From assembly GCF_963921235.1 (NCBI RefSeq), contig NC_086097.1:249862001-249926000 (forward strand): a DNA stretch of 64,000 nt, read 5' to 3'. Shown here one piece after another: positions 25,331-36,184 of this stretch. The position numbers were made by a program, and so were the translations under genes. The DNA comes from Mobula hypostoma. Lineage: Eukaryota. The notes below the pieces were generated by a model. That model had not been told where the DNA came from and searched no databases. It was given only the letters and a program-made list of their open reading frames with translations. Each line of letters begins with the position of its first letter. Within the stretch, counting starts at the first letter, position 1.

Positions 25331-25950
25331 GACCTCAACCCCCCCACCCCTCCTCCTGCATTTCCCATCCCCATTTCCCCCCTCACCTCATCTCCTTGCC
25401 CACCATCGCCTCCCTCTGGTGCTCCTTCCCCCTTTTTCTTTCTTCCATGGCCTTCTGTCTCTTTCACCAATCAATGTCTCAGCTCTTTACTTCATCCTTC
25501 TCCCTCCAGAATCCACTTATCCCCTGGTGGTTCTCTCTCTCTCCTTCCCTCACCTTTTAAATCTACTACTCAGCTTTTTTTCTTCAGTCCTGTCCGAGGG
25601 TTTTGGCCCAAAACGTAGACTGTACTTTTCTTTCCATAGATGCTGCCTGGCCTGCTGAGTTCCTCCAACATTTTGTGTGCGTTGATCATAATGAGATTGG
25701 TTGTCTGGCCAAGAATAGGAATTGGTTTATTATTGTACCGAGGTACAGTGAAAAAAACTTTTCTTGCATATTGTTCATTGAGGTAGAATAAGGTAAAAAA
25801 AATGCAGAAAGTGTAACAGCTACAGAGAAAGTGCAGTGCAGGTAGACAATGAGATTCAAGATCATAACGAGGTGGATTGTGAGGTCAAAAGTCCATCTTA
25901 TTGTACCAGGGTACTTGCTTTCATGATTTTGTGTCTTCCCCCTTCCTTTC

Positions 25951-25988
25951 CAGACCTGATGAAAGGTCTGGGCCTGAAATATCGACTG
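25951..25988 (+). ncRNA. Minimal hammerhead motif in a Penelope-derived repeat (DSCC1 intron 1, sense)
   Basis: CAGAC-CTGATGA-A-AGG(TCTGGG)CCT-GAAAT-ATC-GACTG; ATAT palindrome and AUC triplet. Confidence 0.6.
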
Positions 25989-26748
25989 TTTATTCCCTTT
26001 CATAGATGCTGTCTGACATGCTGAGTTCCTCCAGCATTTTGTGTGTTATTTTGAACCTTCTGCCTGTTTTGATGAAAGTTTATTGATCTGATGAACTAGC
26101 GGTTTCTCTTGTCACAGAACCTGCGTAATCTACGAAATGTTTCCTAGTGTTGTACTTTGTAACATACAGGCCAGGCAGCATCTATGGGGGGGAAAAAGTA
26201 TAGTCAACATTTTGGGCTGAAACCCCACAGCAGGATTGCTGGGATTTCCAGCATCTGCAGATTTTCTCTTGCTTATGGTTGTATTTTGCTCTCATTCATC
26301 ATCAATTGCAAGCTGAAGAAGCCGAAACAAGATCATACTTTTCCAGTTATTGTAGGAAACTGGATGTAGTCGGGGGATGGTGCCAGAGTCCTGTGTTTTG
26401 TGGATTGGACTCTGTAGTTCACTTTATGATGTGCTTCTGGTTTCTGATTGTTCCTCTTTTATTCCTGTTTTGTTTGATTTTGATCAGGGCAGTCTGGTAC
26501 TGTGGCCTGTGTATAGAGGTGCTGGATTGAATTGAGCTGAACTAATTAGGCCTGGACTCTTTCAAGTCTTTGGGATTTGATGTTTTGTATTCTGTGTTTT
26601 TCACCTTTTTTTTTGCTGTTCACATGGTTTGTTCTCTTATTTTTACTGCTTTGCTGGGGACACTTAGTTTTTCTTTAAATGGGTCCGTGGTTTTCTTTGT
26701 TTCATGGCTGTCTGCTGGAAGAAGAATCTCGGGGTTGTATACTGCATA

Positions 26749-27143
26749 GTAGTAGTAGGCAGCCGTCGATCCTAGGGGATCATGGGTTTGTGCCTCTGGT
26801 GGACTGTGTCCTCTCCAGGGCACAAGCCTGGGCGGGAAGATTTGAAGAACTGGCTGTTGACCATGCAGTGGGTTCCCCCTCTCCACATCACTGATGAAGT
26901 CCAAGGGAAGGGCAAGCACTGATACAGCTTGGCACCAGTGTCGTTGCAGAGATTGCCAGGGTGAAATGGTAAATAATATCAAACTGCTTTAGGAACCCCG
27001 GTTCTGGATTTTTTCCTCGGGGTTTACTCCTGAAGACTTTCCCGTGGGTGTGTAAGGCCGCGAGGCAGTGGAGGTTTAATATCAGAGTTTTCCTTCTCCT
27101 AGGCGGGCTGCCATCCAAGGCTGATGAGCCTCACCTGCCTGAA
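26749..27143 (-). mobile_element. Non-autonomous RTE-derived element (5'UTR part + 3' tail)
   Basis: Minus strand carries GGCAGCCCGCCTAGGAGAAGGAAAACTCTG (RTE 5'UTR-like, from recall) and a (TAC)n tail. TSD TATACTGCATA at 26738-26748 and 27144-27154. Confidence 0.7.
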
Positions 27144-28816
27144 TATACTGCATACGTACTTTGATAATAAATGTACTTTGAATCTATGGTCGGATTGCAG
27201 GTCCTAGTAATGGCAATGTGACAACTGGAAATTCCCTAGAGCTCTGAAGCAGTGCCTTCAGTCCAGAATGATTATTCTGGCTTTCATGATAAATTAAACC
27301 AAATAAATCCAGCTGCACATAGAATTTGAATTGGTTTATTATTGTCACATGTACATCGAGGTAGTACAAGGGAAAAGCAGTAACAATGCAGAATATGGTG
27401 TTACAGTTGCAAAGTGCAGTGCAGGTAGAAGAAAGGGGGTGATCCGTATCCATCCATTCCGTACGTGTTAATGTGCCTGTCAAAATCCCTCTTAAATGCC
27501 ATTAATTCTTGTGTCTGCTTCCTCCACCACCCCTGGCAGCACATTCCAAGCATTTACGCATATCTATATTAAAAAAAACTTAGCCCATACATCTCCTTTA
27601 AACTTTCCCCTCTCATCTTAAAGTGATGTCCTTTAGTGTATGACATTTATCAAAGTCAAAGTTGTGTTTATTGTCATCTACATGTGTGCACAGGTGCAAT
27701 GAAAAACGTACTTGCAGCAGCACCACAGGCACACAGCATCATATTTATTATTTTATTTTATTTAGTGATACAACGCGGAGTGGCTCCTTCTGGCCGTTCA
27801 GGTCATGCTGTCTCAGCAATCCCTGACAAAGACGATCCTAATCACAGGACAATTTACAATCACCTACTCAGTACGTCTTTGGACTGTGGGAGGGAACTGG
27901 AGCACCTGGAGAAAACCCACTCATTCACAAGAAAAGCATAACTTAAATCTAAATTATACTTTATACTTTATTGTCGCCAAACAATTGGTACTAGAATGTA
28001 CCATCACAGCGATATTTGATTCTGCACTTCACACTCCCTGGATTACAAATATTAAATATTAAAGATATTAAAAATAGTTAAAATTAGTAAATATTAAAAA
28101 TTTAAATGAAATTAAATTTAATTCTTACAAAAAGAACATAATTAGAACAGGAAAAGTCCATTTTAGTGCTATGAGATCATTGTGCTGTTAAGTTGTTCAT
28201 GAACTGAATGTTTGAGAGAATTATATGTTCTTAAACATGGTGATGAGGGACTTAAAGCTTCTGTTTCTCCTGTCCAGATAGTGGGGATCTTTCTTGATGG
28301 CTGCTATTGTTGGCGAAGTTGTATGTGTCATTGTGGCTGTGCTCAACACACTGTCATGTTTGTATAGAGAGAAGAGCAGGGGGCACACAGCCTGGAGATG
28401 CGTCCGTGTTGACAATAGTGAGGAGGTGTATTACTAGTCCTCACTGATTGAGGTCTGCTGATGGGGAAGTTCAGTATTCAATTGCAGAAGGAGGTAGAGA
28501 GACCTGTGAGTATGGATGGGGTGATTGTGTTGTACTCCAAGCTGCGGTCAATGAACAACAGCATGATGTATGTGTTTCTGTTGTCCAGATAGTCCACAGT
28601 AGAATGAAGAGGAGGAGAAATTACATCTGCTATTGACCAGTTGTGGCTGTAGGAAAATTGCAGCAGATATGGGAAACTTCCAACCTGAAGGTCCATGGAC
28701 CCTATGGTTAATGGGAGTCAAATGGCCTAAAAAGGTTGGAAACCTTGTATGCCTTGTTTATGACTGATAATTTTCTACCTCTGGCAGGTCTCCCCTCAGC
28801 CCCCAGTGCTCTAGAT

Positions 28817-28898
28817 CAAGGGTTCACAACTTTTTTTTAATGCCATGGACTCTGGTCAGTAACTGAGGGGTCCACACATCCCAGGTTGGGAACCCCTG
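28817..28898. mobile_element. hAT-Charlie-type MITE (82 bp)
   Basis: TIR CAAGGGTTCACAAC / GTTGGGAACCCCTG; imperfect 8-bp TSD CTCTAGAT/CTGTGGAT. Confidence 0.7.
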
Positions 28899-31800
28899 CT
28901 GTGGATCAAACAATCCAAGTTGGTCCAGTTTTTGCTTATGATCTGGTATTCTCTAATCCAGGCAGCATCCCAATGAAATTCTTCTTCACCTTCCACAAAG
29001 CCTGCTCATCATTGAAGAGTGATCAGAACTTCACACAGTATTCCAAATGTGACCCAACCAAAGTGTTTTTCAGGTGCATTGTGACTTCCCGAGTTCTCTT
29101 CTCAATGCCCAGTGCCCAGTGCCCTGACTGATGAAGGCAATTAGTGATGTCAAAAGTGGGACCTTTTCCATAATCCTGGGTATAAGTTTTGTATTCTTAA
29201 GGAATGTTTACTTTCATGGGAAGAGAAGTCAGGCCCTAGTTTATATAAAAAAATCATCTGACGGGTGGGTCTTGGGCAAAGCAGTATTGTTTCAGTAATG
29301 AGCTACTGCCACACCTCTGAGGGACATTTGGACTCTAGCTCACTGCTTTTTGACTGTGAAGTGAGAGTGCTACTGTTTGAACCATGACAACACTAAAGGC
29401 TTTTTTGTTGTCATGGAGAACTCTTCACTCAGAGGGTGGTATGAGTCTAGAATGAGCTGTTAGTGCAAGTGGTGGATGCGGCTTTGATTTCAACAGATAA
29501 GAGAGATTTGGATGAGTACATGGATAGGAGGGGTATAGAGGGCTGTGGTCGATGTGGGTCAACGGGACTGGGCAGAATAACAGACTACATGGCTGAAAGG
29601 CCTGTTTCTCGCTGGTAGGTTTATGCTCTACGACTCTACCTGCTTCAACCACATCCTCTGGCAGCTCGTTTCATATACTCACCACCCTCTGGGGTGGTTG
29701 TCCCTCAGGTCCCTTATAAGTCTTTCCCCTCTCACCCTAAACCTGTGCCCCCAATTTTGGACTCCCCTGCCCTGGGGAAAACACTGTTACCACCCACCTT
29801 ATCTATGCCTCCCATAATTTCAAACACTTCTGAAACCTTAACCCACTCCCTCTGGCGGCTCGTCCATCCAGCCTTTCCTTTCAAAATACCTGGCTAACAC
29901 TAAAAATGTACTTGTTGATATGGTGGAGCAGACTCAATGAGCTGAATGGCCTAATTTTGCTTCTGTGGCTTATGGACTACAAAGGTGTGTATGATGAGCC
30001 TGACTAGTTCCCACGAACCTTTATGGGGATCCTCGAACATCATTTAAAGGTTAAGATTCAAGATTGTTTTTTTTTAGCGTGTCACACCAGACAGTCAGAC
30101 ATTGTGCCACCAGCCAGCCCGAGGTGGTTTATTCTAATTCTTCAGTACACCAGCGTAAAGGAGAGCGATATAATTGTGACTCAGGATCCGATGCAGCTTT
30201 AAAAAAAAACAAAGCATAAAAACATCAAATGTAAATATGAAAGCTGTTCTCTAAAACATTGTACAAGTAACTGAGTGCCACATATACATCAGATTAGCTT
30301 ATATACATGGACCAATTGTATGTATATAAAGTGACTCTAAGTGCAGTGTATTTGAACATATAGTGACTCTGATAGGAAATGATAAAGTGACTCTTGGCAA
30401 GAGGAACTCTGAGGTAGCAGCAGGGCATGTTAAAAACAGTACGTCAGTGAGTGCGTCAGTATAATTATGAGGTGTCGGGTGTCAGTGTAAAGTGACAGTG
30501 AAGGGGGTGGTGGGGGACTGTGTCAGTATAGGTATGAGGTGTGGAATGTAAGTGTCAAGTGACAGCGAACAGGAGGTGGGAGATGAAGGTTGGTGAGGGA
30601 CTTTGGAGAGGAGTGGCTGATGTGGAAGTAACTGTTTTTGAGTCTGATGGCCCTGGCGTGTATGCTCCATAGCCTCCTCCCCGATGGGAGTGGACAAACC
30701 ATCCATAAGCAGGATGGGTGGGATACTTCATGAATTCTCCCATTAATTGTGCACTTAACATTTCAGGGGAAGAAACAGGAACAAAATGGTAGATTGTGTA
30801 ATTATGTAATATTTCAAACACCATCACAAAATATCGTCAAGTGCATCTGAGAGGATCATTACCAAGCCACAGCTGATGCCAAACCACATAGGGAGGTATT
30901 CAAGCATATGATCGAAAGGTTGGGGAAGAGTCGGGTTTCAAGAAGTGACTGAAAGGAACAAAGGGGAGTAAAGAAGCAGCAAAGATTGGGAAATAAGTAC
31001 CATATCCTCGAGCCTTGTGGGGAAAAGCAAGGATGCTGACGGTGGAGAGATTAAAATTTAGAGAAGATGAGCGGGTGGAGGGATGGGGAAGGGTGAAGTT
31101 TATAGACATGTGAGAACGTTAAAATGAGGCATTGCTTTACTGGGAATCAATGTGCGCTGTTGAATGCAAGGCTGCTCATGAATGTACTTGATCTAAGTTA
31201 ATACAGTATATAGTGGTGCTAGAAAGTTTGTGAACCATGTAGAATTTTCTCTATTTCTGCATAAATATGACCCAAAATGTGATTAGATCATCACGTAAGT
31301 CCTAAAACTAGATAAAGAGAACCCAATTAAAAAATAACACAAAAACATTATACTCGTTCATTTATTTATTGAGGAAAATGATCCAATGTTACATATTTGT
31401 TGGGAAAAGTATGTGAACCTTTGCTTTCAGTAACTGGTGTGCCCCCTTGTACAGCAAGAACTTCAAATGTTTCCGGTAACTGTTGATCAGTGTTGCACAT
31501 CGGCCATTTAGGCCATTCCTCCTTACAAAACTGCTTCTACTCTGGTGGGCCTCCTTACTTCAGATCCTTCCACAACATTTCAAAGTCAACACTTTGACTT
31601 GGCCATTCCAAAATATGAATTTTCTTCTTTTTAAACCATTCTGTTGTTGATTTACTTTTGTCTTTTGGATCATTGTCTTGTTGCATTATCCAGCTTTCTA
31701 TTAAGCTTCAGGGGATGGACTGCTACTCTGATATTCTCCTGTAAAATGTCTTGTTTCGATTTTTGAATTCATTGTTCCCTCAATGATTGCAAGCTGTCCA

Positions 31801-32654
31801 GGCCCTGAGGCAGCAAGCAGCTCCAAACCGTGATGCTCCTTCCACCATGCTTCACAGTTGGGACTAGACAACGGGTGACCCGCTGGGGCACTCTTTGAGA
31901 GAAGGGTAGTGCAGTCTGATATGAGCAGAATGAACATTAAATTTTCCTGAATGCTATTGGTATCGCTTTGCTTTGGAAACTGAAGTAGAAAACCTCAGTT
32001 TATTAAAGACGAACCACGCATAGCAGAGCAAATATCGCGGCTCCTCATTTAACGAAGGACACTTTTGATGGCATCATTTCTGGTTTATCTGCCACCCTTG
32101 TGCCTCTCGTTGTCATTCTGGAGACATGCAGCCCTTTCATCCCCTGTCTCTTCAGCTCTTCTGCTGTTTGTTGTTTTTCTCTGATCCTGGAGACGTGCAT
32201 GCCTCTCCTCCTCTGTCTCTTCTTCTCTCATCTTTTTTTGTCCTGATTCTTTGATCCTGGAGTCATGGGGCCCTGGCCTCATCCGATTCTTGTTCTCTCT
32301 CTCTCCTTGCTGCTTCCTGACGACGTTTGGCACTATTCCTTGACCATAATGTCCCCCTTCCCTTTCCACGTGGCATAATTAGGCTGACCATTTTTTTTTA
32401 CCCTAATGCTGCATAGAAGATATAAAGCACTAACACCAAAGGATGCTGATTATTCTTGATGATGTGGTTGGCGGTCTCCTAAATGGACATGATATGGTCA
32501 CCGCTGTCCTTTGACTACAGCAAGGGGTTTTATGGGTGTCTTGAAGTACGTCATTACAATAAGATTTAATTATCTCTTATTGATGGGTGGCAGTTAGATC
32601 TGTCCCAAACCTGCACATGCTGATGGCGATTTGCAGAATGTGACCCCTTGAAAT

Positions 32655-33031
32655 TCCTCCCCCTCCCGTCTCCCATCCTAGTTTCACTCTGCCCCCTCCC
32701 CCAGCTGCCTATCACCTCCCTCATGGTTCCACCTCCTTCTGCTATCCATTGTGCTTTTCCCTATTCCTTCTTCACCTTTCCTGCCTATCCCCTTCCCCAC
32801 CCTTTATCTTTCCCCTTACTGGTTTTTCAACTGGCACCTACCAGCCTTCTCCTTCCCATCCTCCCCCCCACCTTATTTATAGGGCCCCTGCCCCCTCCGT
32901 CTTCAGTCCTGACGAAGGGTTCTGGCCCGAAACGTTGACTGTTCTTTTCTTCAGATGCTGCCCGACCTGCTGAGTTCCTCCAGCGTGTTGTGAGTGTCGC
33001 TTTGACCCCAGCATCTGCAGATTATTTTGTG
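32655..33031 (+). mobile_element. Penelope-derived pLTR insertion inside the Helitron
   Basis: TSD CCCTTGAAAT at 32645-32654 and 33032-33041; contains the hammerhead at 32904-32941. Confidence 0.8.
32904..32941 (+). ncRNA. Minimal type I hammerhead ribozyme motif (best-preserved copy)
   Basis: CAGTC-CTGACGA-A-GGGT(TCTG)GCCC-GAAAC-GTT-GACTG: perfect 5-bp helix I, intact core, GUU triplet. Confidence 0.68.
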
Positions 33032-35210
33032 CCCTTGAAATAGAGCTGCCCTGTCCTTTTGCTCCAGTAAGTGTTGCTGCTGAGGCTGGCCATGCGCATG
33101 CGTCGGGCTGTCACGTCCCGATTTCCATGATGGCCAGTCGGCTCTCGGGTGAAAGGCAGCCTGTTGATTTTTGGCGAATTTTATACGAATATCTAACCCT
33201 GCATTCTGTAATTTAGCGCATTTTAATTCGACTTAGCCAGAAAAAGTGCCGCTGTAATGCATCGTTTGCGCTAATTGAAGGTCACAAACAGACAGACAGA
33301 GCGTGAGAGTTTTAGTAGTATATAGATGAGGTTTTGATGTTGGTGTGCAGTGCCCCTTTCCCTCCAAACGTAGAAAAGTGCATTTCTGCCAAGAAAATAC
33401 AACTTTTGTCTTTTCTGTCCACAGAACATTGTCCCAGATGTATTGTGGAACATCCAGGTTGTCTTTTGCAAACTTGAGATATGCAGCAATATTTTTTATT
33501 TTGGAGAGCAATGGTTTCCTCAGTGGTGTCCGTCCATGAACACCATTCTTGTACAGTGTTTTTCTTGCAGTGGACATGTAAACAGAGACTTAAACAAGTT
33601 CTGGAGATTTCTGCAGATCTTTTGCTGTTACCTTTGGGTTCTTTTCACCCTTTTGCAATGCATGTTGTGCTCTTGGTGTAAACACAAAATAATCTGCAGA
33701 TGCTGGGGTCAAAGCAACACTCACAACACGAACTGTGTTGTGAGTGTCGCTGTGCTCTTGGTGTGATCTTCGCAGGATGCCCACTCCTAGGGAGAGTAGC
33801 AACAGTACTGAAGTTCTTCTGTTTATAGACAATTTCTCTTACTGTGGACTGATGAACATTCAGGTCTTCAGGAATGGCTTTGTAGCCTTTTCCAGCTTCA
33901 TGCATCTCTACAATTCTTCTTCTAAGGTCCTCTGAAAGTTGTTTTGATCGAGGCATGGTGCACATAACAGATCTTTCGTGAGAAAAGCAGGCTCTGTCAG
34001 TAACCTGACTTTCTTTTTTTATATAGGTCAGGGACCTCTACAACCCACACCTCCAAGCTTATCTCATTGATTGGAACACCTGATTCCAAATAACTGTTGC
34101 AGAAGGCATTACTCCAGAGATTCACATACTTTTCCCAACACATACGTGTAATATTGGATCACTTTTCTGAAATAAATAAACAAGTGTCATTTTTTGTTAT
34201 TTATTTAGCTGGGTTCTCTATCTAGATTTAGTAATTGCTGAGGATTTGATTACATTTTAGGTCATATTTATGCAGTAATAGAGAAAATTTCTACAGGGTT
34301 CACAAACTTCCCAGCACCACTGTATAGTTTAAGGAAGCATGAAGTTTTTACAGAGGAAGACCAGAAAAGTGCATAGAAATAATTGAGAAAGGCACAGAAA
34401 TATTTCAGCACAAGATGAGCTAAGGCTGGGATATAATTGGAAATAACAATTGATGTTGACTTAGTAATGTTATAAAACATTTTAAATGTAACTTCACTGT
34501 TATAGGTTACACATGTTCCAAAAAAAATGCACACAAATGTTGGAGGAACTCCGCAGGCCAGGCAGCATCTATGGCAGCTGTTCTCCACTTTTCCTATGCT
34601 ACATCAATGACTGCATTGGTGCTGCTTCCTGCACCCATGCAGAACTTGTCGACTTCACCCACATCGCTTCCACCCTGCCCTCAAATTTACCTGGTCCATT
34701 TCCGACACTTCCCTCCCCTTTCTCGATTGCTCTTTCTCTATCTCTGGACTCTCAAGGACTCTCACAGCTACCTGGATTATACCTCTTACCTTGTTACTTG
34801 CAAAAACGCAACCCCCTTCTCCTCAATTCCTCCATTTCAGCTGCATCTGCTCTCAGGATGAGACTTTTCATTCCAGAACGAAGGAGATGTCATCCTTCCT
34901 CAAAGAAAGGGGCTTCCCTTCCTCCACCATCAGTGCTGCTCTCAAACCATCCTCCCGCCACCCTACCAGGGATAGGTTCCTCTTGTCCTCACCTACCATG
35001 GCTCCAGCCTCTGCATTCAGTACATAACTCTCCGCAACTTCCACCATCTCCAACTGGATCCCACTACTGAGTACATCTTTCCCTCCCCTCCACTTCCTGC
35101 TTTCTGCAGGGATCGCTCCCTACGTGACACTCCTGTCCATTTGTCCCTCTCCACTGATCTCCCTCCTGGCAATTAAACTTGTAAGTGGAACAGGTGCTAC
35201 ACCTGCCCCT

Positions 35211-35765
35211 GGTATATGGGGTGTCAGGGAGGGGTAGCACCTCTGGTGGGGGAACATGTCGCATCCTTTTCAGGGCGGTTAGTCCCCACCTGGCACTCAG
35301 CTCTCATCTGTGGCTCCTCGTAGCTGTTTGCATGCGACAGCGGCCGCACCCCGGGCAACGGCTTCGACAAGCCGGCTAAACCAGGTGAGGGTAGCCGACG
35401 GGTCTCAAACCCTCGGTGAGATAGGGAGTTGTCCATCCCAGCATGTGAAGACAGACTCCTGCGGATTGAGCGGATGAGACCAATGGAAGGTCCAACGGTC
35501 AAGAAGGCGGTCTCTGCAAGCGTCGTGGAACGTGCAGAGCAGGACAAGACACAGAAGATGTCCTGGTCATCCACTGTGCCTAGTCCCATCTCCAGCCGTC
35601 TAGACTCTGTCTTGCCACTGGACCCAGATGGGAATTGGGAAGAGAGAGTGAGGCTGACGCTGTGCAACTCTCCCTCACTTAAATCCAAATCACGCGCTAG
35701 TCTCGACACCATCATTATGGTGTCGAGGTCTTCATCGACGTCAACGATGGACGAACAACAACAAC
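35211..35765 (+). mobile_element. Non-autonomous bipartite RTE/BovB-type element (555 bp) with 5' ribozyme and (CAA)n tail
   Basis: 12-bp TSD ACACCTGCCCCT at 35199-35210 and 35766-35777; 3' hairpins followed by GAACAACAACAAC; second partial copy at 53127-53302. Confidence 0.8.
35218..35391 (+). ncRNA. HDV-like self-cleaving ribozyme
   Basis: P1 GGGGTGT/GCACCCC; P2 CTCTCATCTG/CAGGTGAGGG; P3 GGC/GCC; L3 starts TCCTCG; GG-GCAA after P1; P4 CGGCTT(CGAC)AAGCCG; J4/2 GCTAAAC with C35376 as the C75 equivalent. Confidence 0.78.
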
Positions 35766-36184
35766 ACACCTGCCCCTACACCTCCTCCCTCACTACCAGT
35801 CAGGGCCCCAAACTGTCCTTCACTTTACCTGTAGGTCTGTTGAGGTAATATAGTGTGTCTAATGCTGGTGTGGCTCCTGTATATTGGTGAGACCCAAAGT
35901 AGATTGGGAGACTGCTTCACCGAGCACCTGTGCTCCATCCACTGGAAAAAGTGGGATCTCCCAGTGGCCACTAATTTTAATGTACTTCCCATTCCCATTC
36001 CGACATGTCAGTCCATGGCCTCCTCTACCATTGCAATGAGGCCACACTCAGGTTGGAGGAACAACGCCATATATTTATCTGGGAAGTCTCCAACCTGATG
36101 GCATGAACATTGATTTCTTGAACTTCTGGTAATGGCACTGCCCCCCCCCTTACCATTCCCCATCCCCTTTTCCCTTTCTCACCT

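Larger units (their letters stand above)
31864..33326 (-). mobile_element. Non-autonomous Helitron
   Basis: Minus strand 5'-TCTATATAC...CAGCGGG TCA CCCGTTG TCTAG-3'. Inserted between A and T with no TSD; removing it restores GGGA|TGAGG of the Tc1. Contains an EETEEERHARLQDQR...RAEET remnant. Confidence 0.85.
31211..34322 (-). mobile_element. Tc1-like transposon with long TIRs, disrupted by nested insertions
   Basis: TIR (C/T)AGTGGTGCT(A/G)GAAAGTTTGTGAACC... at both ends with TA flanks. Transposase reads MPRSKQLSEDLRRRIVEMHEAGKGYKAI...GHPAKIT...GRTPLRKPLL...WDNVLWTEKTK. Confidence 0.92.

Noticed and set aside
35224..35848. ORFs of 181 aa (-) and 139 aa (+) whose peptides recur at 52806-53381
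   Set aside because: The recurrence comes from two copies of a non-coding repeat; there is no recognisable domain and the frames run across TSD boundaries.
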